NCBI GenBank assembly: GCA_016926735.1
Contig: JAFGOA010000080.1
Location: 1 to 64,000 of the forward strand
Length of the DNA stretch: 64,000 nt
Direction of reading: 5' to 3'
Source of the DNA: Promethearchaeota archaeon
GTDB taxonomy: Archaea > Asgardarchaeota > Lokiarchaeia > Sigyniarchaeales > SOKP01
The position numbers were made by a program, and so were the translations under genes. A model generated the notes under the pieces. The model ran no database searches. It worked only from the letters and a program-made list of their open reading frames with translations, and had not been told where the DNA came from. This document shows, one piece after another, positions 30,344 to 41,105 of the stretch. How positions within the stretch are numbered: the first letter of the stretch is position 1; each line of letters opens with the position of its first letter.

Positions 30344-31195
30344 ATGAATAAAGAACAAATACAATTTATTTTAAAAACTTTAGAATTTATACCAAAGAAA
30401 TCTCTAGGACAGAATTTTCTAATAAATTTTAATGTCTTGGAATATATACTTAAGCTTGCAGAACTTAAAAAAGAAGATATAGTCTTAGAGATCGGACCCG
30501 GTTTAGGTGCAATAACAGAACAAATTCTAAAAAAATGCCAAAAACTATATGCATATGAAATAGATAAGGTATTATATAAAAATTTATTAGAAAAATTTTC
30601 AATCTTTAATCATTTAAGATTATTTAATAGTGATATTTTGGATGTAAAACTTCCTTTATATAATAAAGTTATTTCAAATATACCTTATACAATTACAGGA
30701 AAAATATTTGAAAAAGTATTTTTTACTACCGATCCTCCAGAAGGAGTATTATTAATTGAAAAAGCTATAGCAGATCGTATTTTTTCTTATAATACTTATA
30801 AAAAATTCTCTAGGATTACCATTACAGTTAACTCTTTTTTAAATCCTATAACTAGGGTAGAAATTTCTCCAGATTCTTTTTATCCTAGTCCAAAAATTAA
30901 ACTATCCCTAATAAAACTAAAACCAAAAAAAGAAATACATAATTTCCTCAGAAAAAAGCACAAAATTAAATTTTATCTTAAGTTTGTTGCTGGAATTATG
31001 CCTTATAAAAATAAAAATATTGGAAATGCTATTGATTTATTTTTAAAAAACATAAATAAAAAACATATAACTAGAGCTCATATTATTGATATATTAGAAA
31101 AAAATAATTTTAAAAATAAAAAATTATCACAATTAGAAATTAATAGCTTTCCGGAGTTATGTAAGATTATCTATCATCTTATAAATAGAGAATAA
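30344..31195 (+). CDS. rsmA: 16S rRNA adenine dimethyltransferase KsgA/RsmA/Dim1
   Basis: KKSLGQNFL, VLEIGPGLG, YEID, SNIPYTI, FYPSPKI. Confidence 0.95.
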   Translation: MNKEQIQFILKTLEFIPKKSLGQNFLINFNVLEYILKLAELKKEDIVLEIGPGLGAITEQILKKCQKLYAYEIDKVLYKNLLEKFSIFNHLRLFNSDILDVKLPLYNKVISNIPYTITGKIFEKVFFTTDPPEGVLLIEKAIADRIFSYNTYKKFSRITITVNSFLNPITRVEISPDSFYPSPKIKLSLIKLKPKKEIHNFLRKKHKIKFYLKFVAGIMPYKNKNIGNAIDLFLKNINKKHITRAHIIDILEKNNFKNKKLSQLEINSFPELCKIIYHLINRE

Positions 31196-31198
31196 ATA

Positions 31199-31882
31199 AT
31201 GAAATACATAAATAGATATAGAGATCCTGAGATATATTATGAATCAGAAAAAGTTTACGCTCCTTCTGATGATAGCTATCTCATTATTGATTTTATAAAA
31301 AAAAATCTAAACAATGACTATTTTAATGGAACAAAATTAGAAAATATAAATAATATTTTAGATATGGGTACTGGAACAGGCATTATTTCTATTATATTAT
31401 TAATGATGAAAGAAGAAAATCCTAAATTTAAAGCCCAAATGTATGCATCTGATATCTCAGAAGAAGTATTAAATTGTGCAAAAAAAAATGAAAAAGTAAA
31501 TGGATTTACATCAAAAATTAACTATATTCATTCTGATCTATTTAAGTCATTTCCAAATTCTCTTCATAACATATTTGATATTATTTTTTTTAATCCTCCA
31601 TATTTACCTTTGATAAGCAATTCAGAATATAAAAAAAATGAGAATGATTTCTGTTGGGATGGAGGAAAAGGTGGGATTGAGTTATTCATTCGATTTCTCA
31701 AAGATGTTAAAAATTTTTTAAATATAGACAATAAAAGTTGTGTCTATTATATTTCATCTTCTAACGCAGATCAAAGAGAATTAAACAAAATAATCAAAGA
31801 TAAAGGGTTTAAAAGTAGTATTATTGAAAAGAAACATATTTTTTTTGAAGATATTCTTCTAAATAAATTAGTTCTTGTTTAG
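31199..31882 (+). CDS. HemK2/PrmC-like N5-glutamine methyltransferase
   Basis: VYAPSDDSYL, LDMGTGTG, FNPPYLP, WDGGKGG, FFEDI. Confidence 0.88.
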   Translation: MKYINRYRDPEIYYESEKVYAPSDDSYLIIDFIKKNLNNDYFNGTKLENINNILDMGTGTGIISIILLMMKEENPKFKAQMYASDISEEVLNCAKKNEKVNGFTSKINYIHSDLFKSFPNSLHNIFDIIFFNPPYLPLISNSEYKKNENDFCWDGGKGGIELFIRFLKDVKNFLNIDNKSCVYYISSSNADQRELNKIIKDKGFKSSIIEKKHIFFEDILLNKLVLV

Positions 31883-31885
31883 ATT

Positions 31886-33163
31886 TTAAAAAGGTCTTCT
31901 ATTTCGTCTTTTCTCTAATAAATATATTCCATATTTATTTAATTTTCTTTTCAAGTTGTTGAATAATAAATTTACTTCATAAGGTTTAAATACTGCTCTT
32001 TTATGAGCTTCAATTTGTGGAATTGGCAACCCATAATGATCATTTAAACTAGATATAGGCAAAATAATTGAAGAAATCAAATCTGCTTTTTTTACAGCTT
32101 CATCTAAATCATGTTTTTCATCTACATAGAATTCAATTCTACAAGGGATATCATATTTCGTAGTTTTTAAATAATAAGCATAAAAAGTAAGTGGAAAATA
32201 ATAGGAAATCTCTTTTTTGATTCCAGTATCTCGAATTTTATCAATTTCTCTTTTACAATTAAAGATACAACTTCTCTCATTTTTATTTAAGATTCTATTA
32301 AATAGATCCAAATCTGAAAAGTACTTTATAATATTTCTATATCCTATTTCCATGAATTCATATAAATTATTATAATTTGGTTTCAATAATTGAATGCTAT
32401 CTCGAAGAAGATTACATAATGCTGAGGTTCTTGAATCTTTGATAGAACCAATAAGGATTATACCATTTTCGTTACAATTTTGATATAATTTTTGATATTC
32501 TCTTAATAAATTATCATATTTCTCTATAATTTGAGGGTCTTTTGAAAATATAAGATTTATTGGCATAATTACTATGGAGCCATCAATTATTATAAATTCA
32601 ATATCATTAGATTCTTTTATTATTCTATTTATTAGTTGAATTTCCATGAAATTCATATCTAATGAAGTATTAAAGTCAATACATTGTTCATTTGTATTTA
32701 CTATTGTTCTCTTTATTGAATAATTATTAAATCCATTTAAATCCGGAAAATACTCAATTTTAGCATCTCTATTATTATAAAAATGATATTTCACAGCTAT
32801 TGCTTTCAAAAATGAGAAATCAATATTCATAAATTTTCTTATAACGGAACTTCCATCAACACTGACTATATTTAACCCTCCAATTTTTGATGGAATGATC
32901 GATTTTCTTAATTTTTTCTCTTTAATAAAATATTGTGGATGATTTATAAATTCAGTAAAATCTAATTCTTTTTCTTTTTCGATTAAAAGGGTCGTAAATT
33001 TCTTTTTAATATTCTCAATTTCATTACATTCAATTGCAATATTTTCTAATTGTTCAGTCAATATTTTTTCTTTAGTTGTTCCACTAAGTTTTAAATCCAC
33101 GTTTATTTCTGAATTTTGATAAAACCTTTTTTGATTAATTAGAAAATCTTTTCCATTCAACAT
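31886..33163 (-). CDS. nurA: NurA-domain nuclease
   Basis: VSVDGS, IIIDGSI, GSIKDSRT, GLPIPQIEAHKRA; ATG 33163. Confidence 0.85.
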   Translation of the reverse strand: MLNGKDFLINQKRFYQNSEINVDLKLSGTTKEKILTEQLENIAIECNEIENIKKKFTTLLIEKEKELDFTEFINHPQYFIKEKKLRKSIIPSKIGGLNIVSVDGSSVIRKFMNIDFSFLKAIAVKYHFYNNRDAKIEYFPDLNGFNNYSIKRTIVNTNEQCIDFNTSLDMNFMEIQLINRIIKESNDIEFIIIDGSIVIMPINLIFSKDPQIIEKYDNLLREYQKLYQNCNENGIILIGSIKDSRTSALCNLLRDSIQLLKPNYNNLYEFMEIGYRNIIKYFSDLDLFNRILNKNERSCIFNCKREIDKIRDTGIKKEISYYFPLTFYAYYLKTTKYDIPCRIEFYVDEKHDLDEAVKKADLISSIILPISSLNDHYGLPIPQIEAHKRAVFKPYEVNLLFNNLKRKLNKYGIYLLEKRRNRRPF

Positions 33164-33248
33164 CGACAATTCTTATAAATTTATAAATATTTATTATTTA
33201 TAGAGTGACTAAGTTTATTGATTTAATAATAAAAAATCAACATATAAT

Positions 33249-33911
33249 ATGATATGTCAACTTGGAGATAGTCCATGGATCTTAATTTTAATTACATTTT
33301 TCGAATTAGTTTTTCTTATTATTCCACCATTTATTGCTTCAAAAGTTGAGCATAATACATTAAAAGAACAGCTTATTGATCTGGGCTTTTCAAAATCAAA
33401 TGATTCAATATTAGAAAAATTATTAAAAATAATTTCTGGACTTGGATTAAGTATTATATTTGTAGTATTAGCTCATTATCTCTTTTTCTTTTTTACATAT
33501 ATTTCAGAATTGATCTATGGAATTAATTTTGTTGATACTGCACAAAAAGGTATTGTATCAACAAGCCCAATAAATCCAAATTTTTTACAATTAGTAATTA
33601 TAATTTTTCAGCAAATTTTGATAATAGGGCTCTGTGAAGAAGCATTCTTTAGAAGTTTCCTTATAAGAAAACTCAACAATAAATTTAGATATTCAGTTTG
33701 TATCATAATTTCATCTTTATTATTTGCCTTTTATCATGTTCCTCCATTTATTGTACCTTGGTCAACAATAATTACATATTTTGGATATTATTTTACTTTT
33801 GGGGTAATATTATCGATAATATTTCTTTTTTATAAAAAATCATTGTTACCAGTTGTAATCTCTCATGGATTTTTTAATAGTTTCTTAGTAATGATTTCAT
33901 TTTTCAATTAA
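33249..33911 (+). CDS. CPBP (CAAX/Abi) family intramembrane metalloprotease
   Basis: EEAFFR, FAFYH, SHGFFN motifs intact. Confidence 0.9.
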   Translation: MICQLGDSPWILILITFFELVFLIIPPFIASKVEHNTLKEQLIDLGFSKSNDSILEKLLKIISGLGLSIIFVVLAHYLFFFFTYISELIYGINFVDTAQKGIVSTSPINPNFLQLVIIIFQQILIIGLCEEAFFRSFLIRKLNNKFRYSVCIIISSLLFAFYHVPPFIVPWSTIITYFGYYFTFGVILSIIFLFYKKSLLPVVISHGFFNSFLVMISFFN

Positions 33912-34112
33912 TCTTATTAATGAAATATATAAAAATTAATAACAATCAAAATATTTTTTTTCCCATTATTACTTAGATATCTTAAGATTTTTTACCAAAG
34001 AAATCATTTGTAATATTATTAAATATTTTTATTTACTATTAATGAAACAATCTCTATTTTTAAATGAAAAGAATTTTCCTTTTTCAAAAAAAATTAAGAT
34101 TGTTTTTCATAT

Positions 34113-34667
34113 GTGGTAAGAAATTTGACAGATTTTGATTATACATTTAAAGTAATGATGGTTGGTGATGCGTCCGTTGGTAAAACATCACTTACTATTA
34201 GATTTATTTCAGGATCGTTTTTAGAAGATCTTAAACTCACTATAGGAGTGGATTTTTATAGTAAAATTATGTCTTATAATGATAAAAGGGTCAAATATCA
34301 AGTCTGGGATTTTGGTGGAGAACAAAGATTCAGATTTTTATTACCACAATACTGTAGAGGTGCGAATGCGGCTTTTTATCTTTATGATATAACAAATCCA
34401 GTCACTTTAGAGCATTTACCCGATTGGACAAGTATTATACGTGAACATGCTGGTGATATACCTATTTTTCTAATTGGATCCAAACTTGATTTAGATCAAT
34501 TTAGAGGTATTACTAAAGAAGAAGGAATCAGAGGTAAAGAAAAATATAATCTAACAGCTTTCATAGAGCTTTCCTCAAAAACCGGAGAAAATGTTGAAAA
34601 AGCATTTAAAGATATGACTGAAGTTTTGTTCAATAAATATGTATATATTAACAAAAGAGAACTTTGA
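34113..34667 (+). CDS. Rab-like small GTPase
   Basis: FDYTFKVMMVGDASVGKTS, TIGVDF, WDFGGEQRF, GSKLD, SSKTGENV; start may be TTG 34125. Confidence 0.93.
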   Translation: MVRNLTDFDYTFKVMMVGDASVGKTSLTIRFISGSFLEDLKLTIGVDFYSKIMSYNDKRVKYQVWDFGGEQRFRFLLPQYCRGANAAFYLYDITNPVTLEHLPDWTSIIREHAGDIPIFLIGSKLDLDQFRGITKEEGIRGKEKYNLTAFIELSSKTGENVEKAFKDMTEVLFNKYVYINKREL

Positions 34668-34918
34668 TATATTTTATTTATATATAAATTATTTTTCCAC
34701 TTTTAGGTTTTAAAAATTATATAACATTAAATTAAAGAATTGGGTATTGAATAAATCTTTTAATTTTTTATCAATAATTTAATTAATTTTTAAAAGAATA
34801 CCTACTAATTTAAGGGAATGATGTTCTAATTTAATTAAGTTAAATTGAAAAATAATCCACAACTATAAGCGATTGTCAATTTTACATGAAAGAACTAAAA
34901 GTTTATAAGGAATAATTT

Positions 34919-36262
34919 TTGCAGATTAAGTTTGCTTTTTTTATAATTCTTGTAGGAATTGTTGGAGGAATTGGAGCATGGATATTTAGATTATTTATCA
35001 TTTTTATCTTTAATATTTTTTATTTAGAACCTCAAAAATTATTTAATGGTACAAATATTGAGTTTTTATCTTGGCTTCCATTTCTTACAGCACCTATTAT
35101 TGGAGGCTTAATTGTTGGGTTATTGACTTCAAAGATATCAAAAGAAGTCAAAGGACATGGAGTTCCTGAAATTATTGAAGCAATTCATGTTAATGAAGGT
35201 AAAATGAAAATGAGGATACCTTTTATAAAAATTATTGCTTCAGGATTCACAATTGGAACGGGTGGATCTGCCGGTAGAGAAGGTCCAATTGTGCAGATTG
35301 GAGCCGGTTTTGGATCAATTGTTGGACAAAAAGTTAATTTAGAATCTAAAAACCTAAAAATTCTTGTCTCTGTGGGTGCTGCTGCAGGAATATCGGCAAC
35401 CTTTAATAGTCCTATTGGTAGTGTTTTTTTTGTTTGTGAAGTAATTTTAGGTATTTATTCGATATCATTAATAGTTCCACTTCTTGTTGGCTCATCAACA
35501 GGATTAATAATAAGATATCTTATTATTGATACAAATGTTATATTTAATAATGTTCCAATGGTTGGCCTCAACAATTTTCTTTTTATTCCTATTTTTATCC
35601 TATTAGGAATTTTTATGGGAATTATATCTGCATATTGGATAAAAATTTTTTACAAATCTGAAGATAAATTAGATTATGTTTTTGAAAAAACGAAGATTCC
35701 TGGGTTCCTTCAACCGGCTATAGGGGGTTTATTTGTTGGAATAATATTAATGATTATATATCTAATTACCAATGACAAATGGAATGATTATTCTGTGATG
35801 GGAATAAATTACACCCCAATGGAAGCAATATTCTCTGGATCTTTACTCCAGGCTCCTATATTGATAGTCCTACTTATTATTAGTATCCTTTTAATTTTAA
35901 AAATAGTTAGTACTATTTTTACTATCATGTCTGGAGGATCAGGAGGTGTTTTTGCTCCAACCATCTTTATCGGATTAATGTTAGGTGTAATATTTGCTTT
36001 GATTTTTCAATTTTTCTTCTTTCTCTCTGAAACAGAAGTTATCTTATTTTCTGTTGTAGGTATGGCGAGTTTTTTTGCAGGAACCGCTAGAGCTCCACTA
36101 ACAGCTATTATAATGACTGCTGAATTAGTTGGTAATTATTTATTAGTTGTTCCTTTAGCCATTTCCGTGATTATAAGCATTATTATTTCTATTAAATTGC
36201 AATCTGAAAATATATATATTCGAAAACTTACCAAACGTGGTTCTAAGATTACTGCATTTTAA
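34919..36262 (+). CDS. ClC family chloride channel/antiporter (no CBS domains)
   Basis: GHGVPE, GREGP (gating Glu), GGVFAP, RAPLTA, C-terminal IY. Confidence 0.92.
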   Translation: MQIKFAFFIILVGIVGGIGAWIFRLFIIFIFNIFYLEPQKLFNGTNIEFLSWLPFLTAPIIGGLIVGLLTSKISKEVKGHGVPEIIEAIHVNEGKMKMRIPFIKIIASGFTIGTGGSAGREGPIVQIGAGFGSIVGQKVNLESKNLKILVSVGAAAGISATFNSPIGSVFFVCEVILGIYSISLIVPLLVGSSTGLIIRYLIIDTNVIFNNVPMVGLNNFLFIPIFILLGIFMGIISAYWIKIFYKSEDKLDYVFEKTKIPGFLQPAIGGLFVGIILMIIYLITNDKWNDYSVMGINYTPMEAIFSGSLLQAPILIVLLIISILLILKIVSTIFTIMSGGSGGVFAPTIFIGLMLGVIFALIFQFFFFLSETEVILFSVVGMASFFAGTARAPLTAIIMTAELVGNYLLVVPLAISVIISIIISIKLQSENIYIRKLTKRGSKITAF

Positions 36263-36306
36263 TATATAATTTAACACTTTAAAAAAAACAAAAAGATTTA
36301 TAGTCA

Positions 36307-37149
36307 TTAGACTAATTCTTTCTCTAAAATCTTTTCAAATTCTTTATCAGAAACAAATCCTTTATTTTGCATTATATCAATAATGTTTTTAATAACATTT
36401 GGCGCGCATTGAACTTCGGATATTTGTGTATAAAGTGCATCGATTGTATTGGTTAAATCATTGACTTTATCAATTTTAGCTTCTAAATCTTTTTCTAATT
36501 TTTGTATAATATGATCTTTACTTATTATTGCTCGATTTAGATCTTGTTTTGTAATTCTTATTTGTTCATCTTTTACCATCAATTCTTCTTTTATTCTTCT
36601 CATTTCTTTGTTTGATTCTGGAATTGTTTTTTCAAAGTTGTCAATCAAATTATCTAATCTTTCATTTATTTGCCCAATTTCAGATTTGTTTATTGTAAAT
36701 TCGTTTATATGTTCTGTTTGGAATTTTTGTAATTCTAATTTTATATTGTCAATATCTTGAGATATTTTATGCATTGTCAAGGTATTTGAAAAATCTTCTT
36801 TTTTAGGAATTAAAGTTGTTGCTGATTTTATTTTTGGTAGAGGACCTTCATAATATTTTAATTTTTTATCTTTTTTATCTAGATCATCTTCAGCTTTCTC
36901 TAATTTTTCTTTTAAGGTACTAATATTTACTTTTAGGTCCTTTTCGTTTGTCGAAATTCTATCGATTATTTCTGTAAAATTTCTTTCTGTCATTAAGTAT
37001 TTTTCTTTTGATTTATTCAATTTTTCTAAGAATTGTTCAAGATCATCTTCTAAATCAGAGATTCGTTCTTTTAATTTTAGTAGATCTTTTCCTTTTATTT
37101 TCTGGCAAGAATTAGGTCTTGAATATGCTTTTTCCCAATTGATACTAAT
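36307..37149 (-). CDS. Long coiled-coil protein (start extended to proposed ATT)
   Basis: Heptad-rich sequence; frame remains open 43 codons upstream of track TTG 37020 (MSINWEKAYSRPNSCQKIKGKDLLKLKERISDLEDDLEQFLEK). Confidence 0.7.
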   Translation of the reverse strand: MSINWEKAYSRPNSCQKIKGKDLLKLKERISDLEDDLEQFLEKLNKSKEKYLMTERNFTEIIDRISTNEKDLKVNISTLKEKLEKAEDDLDKKDKKLKYYEGPLPKIKSATTLIPKKEDFSNTLTMHKISQDIDNIKLELQKFQTEHINEFTINKSEIGQINERLDNLIDNFEKTIPESNKEMRRIKEELMVKDEQIRITKQDLNRAIISKDHIIQKLEKDLEAKIDKVNDLTNTIDALYTQISEVQCAPNVIKNIIDIMQNKGFVSDKEFEKILEKELV

Positions 37150-37684
37150 AATAAATCACCAAATTTGATTTAGTATTTTTAATAAGTAGTTAAAGAATAA
37201 ATAGTACATTCTAATTAATAAATTTATATTAATTATTTATTATATTTCTTTGGAAATTCAACAAATAATTGTATAATTATATTGAAGAATGAACTTTTTT
37301 TTAAAATATATGCAAAAAAATAAATCAATTATATTAGAAAATAATATATATCAAATTTAGAGTATTTTATCTTTTATTAAATATTCCAATTAATAATAAT
37401 TGGACACATGATTAAACAGATATACTAGATAGTTACTATCTTCTGATCACAAACATCATTAATACAAAATAGTCATTCATCAAATCATTCAATAAAGTTC
37501 ACTAGTAAAAAATTTTGTTTCTATCAATGAGTAATTTTTTTGTCGAATAAAATTAAGTGATATTTTTGCTCAGTTTAACCAACACATTTATATATAACAA
37601 ATACTAAAATAAATATAAGATAATAAAAATTATCTAAAAAATAATTACATTAAATTATAATATAAGTGGAGGAATGAATAAAAA

Positions 37685-37894
37685 ATGGGAGCATTTGCTT
37701 GGAGCCCACTAAGGGCATTAATGAAGAAAGCTGGAGCAGAAATTGTAAGTAGAACCGCAGTTGATAAATTAATGGACTACTTAGAAGAATATGCTAAAGA
37801 ATTAACTACATGTGCTTTAGATATTGCTAAACACTCAGGACGTAAGAAAGTTACTTCTCAAGATATGAAGATTGCTATTGATCTAATAGTTTAA
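37685..37894 (+). CDS. Archaeal histone (HMf/histone-fold), tailless
   Basis: PLRALMKKAGAEIVS...LEEYA...AKHSGRKKVTSQDM histone-fold signature; GGAGG at 37668. Confidence 0.93.
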   Translation: MGAFAWSPLRALMKKAGAEIVSRTAVDKLMDYLEEYAKELTTCALDIAKHSGRKKVTSQDMKIAIDLIV

Positions 37895-37930
37895 AGCTTC
37901 AGCTTAAATTTTTTATCTTTTTTTTTTCTT
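37894..37930 (+). terminator. Putative T-rich terminator after histone gene
   Basis: AAGCT-TC-AGCTT inverted repeat followed by long T tracts. Confidence 0.35.
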
Positions 37931-38109
37931 ATATAGTTTTAAAATTCAAAATATTACATAATTAAAATAGAATAAATTCCTTTTTTATCTGATTCTAACC
38001 ATAAAATTTTTATTTTTTACTTGATTAACACTCATACAGTGGAGAACTTATTAACTGATTTTTTAATATATTATAATTTTAAAAATACAAATAAGGATGC
38101 TTTCTTTTT

Positions 38110-41085
38110 ATGAGTTATACATTCTCAAGAACAAAATTAATTGAAAAAATAAAATTTGGTCTTCTTAGTCCTGATGAAATCAGAAAAATGTCATCTGCAA
38201 GAATTATAACAGCAGATACTTATGATGAAGATGGTTTACCTATTCCTTCTGGCTTAATGGATCAAAGATTAGGTACTATAGAACCAGGACAAAGATGTCA
38301 AACATGTGGTAACCTAGTAAGCAACTGTATGGGGCACTTTGGTCATATTGAATTAGCAAGACCAGTTATCCATGTAGGGTATTCTAAAAAGGTATTAAAA
38401 ATTTTACGGTCAATTTGTCCAGAATGCTCAAGATTGATGCTTTCTGAGGAGGAAAAAGAAAAACTTCGACAAGAACAAATTACTCATCGTAAGATATTTG
38501 CTGAAGGAGATGAAGAAATTACAAGACTTGTTTTTAAAAGAGCAAGGAAAAATAAGGTATGTCCATATTGTGGTGCTAAAAAAAAAAAGATCATTTTAGA
38601 AAAACCCACAACCTTTTATGAAGAGGAAGAGGTTAAAGGGTCAAGAAGATTGACTCCAATCGAAATACGAGAAAAATTAAAGAAAATGATTGATGTGGAT
38701 CTTCGAATTCTAGGAATTTCTCCCCAAAATGCAAGAATGGAATGGGTTGTTTTTACCGTATTGCCTATACCTCCTGTATGTGCGAGACCCTCAATAACAC
38801 TTGATAGCGGAATTCGTTCTGAAGATGATCTTACACATAAACTTGTTGATGTTATAAGAATTAATCAAAGATTAAGAGAAAATATTGATGCAGGAGCTCC
38901 TCACTTAATCGTAGAAGATTTATGGGAATTATTACAATATCATATTACTACTTATTTTGATAATCAAGTATCCGGAATCCCTCCTGCTAGACATCGTTCT
39001 GGTAGAGCTTTAAGAACATTAACTCAGAGATTAAAGGGAAAAGAAGGTAGATTTAGAAGTAATCTCAGTGGAAAACGTGTTGACTTCTCTGCAAGAAGCG
39101 TTATTTCTCCAAATCCCCATATAAGTATTAATGAAGTTGGAGTACCACGTAAAATCGCAAAAATTTTAACTATTCCAACAAATGTTAATGACTGGAATAT
39201 AGAACAAATGAAACAGTTAATCTTAAATGGTCCTAATATACATCCCGGAGCTAATTATATTATTAGAAATGATAGAAGAAGAATAGATTTACGATATGTT
39301 AAAAATAGAAAAATAATCGCTGATATGGTTGCTCCAGGATTCACGGTTGAAAGACACCTTAATAATGGAGATTTAGTTCTTTTTAATAGACAACCTTCTC
39401 TGCATAGAATGTCTATTATGGCACATGAAGTAAAAATAATGATAGGTAAAACCTTTCGCTTAAATCTCACCGTTTGCCCGCCCTATAACGCAGACTTCGA
39501 CGGAGATGAAATGAATCTCCATGTGCCTCAGAGTGAAGAGGCAAGAACAGAAGCAGAATTATTACTAAAAGTACAAGAACATATATTATCACCTCGTTTT
39601 GGCGGTCCTATCTTAGGAGGAGTACAGGATTTTATTTCTACTATTTTCCAATTTACCAGTAAAAATTCTGTGTATAATGTTAAGGATACATTAAAATTAC
39701 TTTATATGGGTAATATTTTCGATTTACATCCCGATTTTGATTTAAATAAAATTGAACCTTATATAAAAGAACCTGAACCAATGTATTCTGGTAAACAAAT
39801 TTTTAGTACACTATTACCAGAAGATTTGAATATAAGAGTAAGATCAAAATTCTGTAAAAAATGTTTTATCAAGGAAGGTCAAAGCTGTAAAGAAGAAAAA
39901 TGCGAATATGATGCTTATGTAACTATCAAAAATGGACACTTAATAGCAGGTACAATCGATGAAAACTCATTTGGAGCTATGCAATCAAATAGTATATTAC
40001 AAAGAATTATCAAAGATCATGGTAATGCAACAGGAAGACAATTTTTAGATAATTCTACAAGAATGCTTCTATATGTTATTAGACTTAATGGAATCACAAT
40101 GGGACTCGATGAAGTATATATTAAAGGGGAATCTCATGAACATATACAACAAGTATTACATGAAGCAACTGAAGAATCGAAAAAATTAATTAAAGCATAT
40201 CGAGAAAATGATACTAAAACCCTTAAAAGAGCTCCAGGACGTTCATTAAAAGAAACATTAGAATTAAGAATCCGGCAAGTTTTAGCTGAAGCAAGGAAAA
40301 AAGCTGAAGAATTAGCAACTCATTTTATTGGTGATGAGGCTCATTCAGTTATTATGACAAAATCAGGAGCAAGAGGAAATATTCTAAATCTTGGTCAAAT
40401 GTCGGCAGTTGTTGGTCAACAAGCTATAAGAGGTGAAAGAATTAACAGAGGATATTCATCAAGAACACTTCCACACTTTAAAGTTGATGACCTCACACCT
40501 AAAGCCAGAGGATTTGTAGAACAATCATACCGCAATGGACTTGAACCCGCTGGCTTTTTCTTTCATGCTATGGGGGGAAGGGAAGGTTTGGTTGATACAG
40601 CGGTCCGAACAAGCACAAGCGGGTATATGCAGCGACGTTTAGTTAACGCTCTACAAGATATGGTAATAGAGAATGATGGAACAGTCCGAAATTCAGATAA
40701 AAATATTATTCAATTTGAATTTGGTGATGATTCTATTAATCCTCAACATACTGATCATGGAGATGCTGTTAATTTGGATGTTTTATTACTTAAAGCAAAA
40801 ACTTTAGATCTTGATGAAATCAGAAATCTTAAATCTAAAAAACCAATAAAAACCTCTAAAACAATAAAAATTGAAGAAAAATCCCCTCAAGCACCATTAA
40901 AACCTACACCAAAACCAAAAACTACATCCAAACAAGAAAAAGTAAAAAAATCTCAAGATTTACCAGATGAGAATGAATTACAGCAACAATTCAAAGACGA
41001 GACTGGAAAGAATGCTGTTTGGAGAGGAAAAGTAACTCAACAATTTATTGAATGGAAAGAACAAAATTATGGGATTAAAGAATAA
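38110..41085 (+). CDS. rpoA1: RNA polymerase subunit A' (Rpo1N) with C-terminal extension
   Basis: [57 protein letters not shown]; no intein. Confidence 0.98.
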   Translation: MSYTFSRTKLIEKIKFGLLSPDEIRKMSSARIITADTYDEDGLPIPSGLMDQRLGTIEPGQRCQTCGNLVSNCMGHFGHIELARPVIHVGYSKKVLKILRSICPECSRLMLSEEEKEKLRQEQITHRKIFAEGDEEITRLVFKRARKNKVCPYCGAKKKKIILEKPTTFYEEEEVKGSRRLTPIEIREKLKKMIDVDLRILGISPQNARMEWVVFTVLPIPPVCARPSITLDSGIRSEDDLTHKLVDVIRINQRLRENIDAGAPHLIVEDLWELLQYHITTYFDNQVSGIPPARHRSGRALRTLTQRLKGKEGRFRSNLSGKRVDFSARSVISPNPHISINEVGVPRKIAKILTIPTNVNDWNIEQMKQLILNGPNIHPGANYIIRNDRRRIDLRYVKNRKIIADMVAPGFTVERHLNNGDLVLFNRQPSLHRMSIMAHEVKIMIGKTFRLNLTVCPPYNADFDGDEMNLHVPQSEEARTEAELLLKVQEHILSPRFGGPILGGVQDFISTIFQFTSKNSVYNVKDTLKLLYMGNIFDLHPDFDLNKIEPYIKEPEPMYSGKQIFSTLLPEDLNIRVRSKFCKKCFIKEGQSCKEEKCEYDAYVTIKNGHLIAGTIDENSFGAMQSNSILQRIIKDHGNATGRQFLDNSTRMLLYVIRLNGITMGLDEVYIKGESHEHIQQVLHEATEESKKLIKAYRENDTKTLKRAPGRSLKETLELRIRQVLAEARKKAEELATHFIGDEAHSVIMTKSGARGNILNLGQMSAVVGQQAIRGERINRGYSSRTLPHFKVDDLTPKARGFVEQSYRNGLEPAGFFFHAMGGREGLVDTAVRTSTSGYMQRRLVNALQDMVIENDGTVRNSDKNIIQFEFGDDSINPQHTDHGDAVNLDVLLLKAKTLDLDEIRNLKSKKPIKTSKTIKIEEKSPQAPLKPTPKPKTTSKQEKVKKSQDLPDENELQQQFKDETGKNAVWRGKVTQQFIEWKEQNYGIKE

Positions 41086-41105
41086 ATTTACGAGGGAAAT
41101 TAAAA

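Noticed and set aside
34886-34918. Upstream in-frame ATG and TAA before the ClC gene, suggesting a nonsense mutation
   Set aside because: Only nine extra codons are involved and all core ClC motifs lie downstream of TTG 34919; pseudogene status cannot be supported
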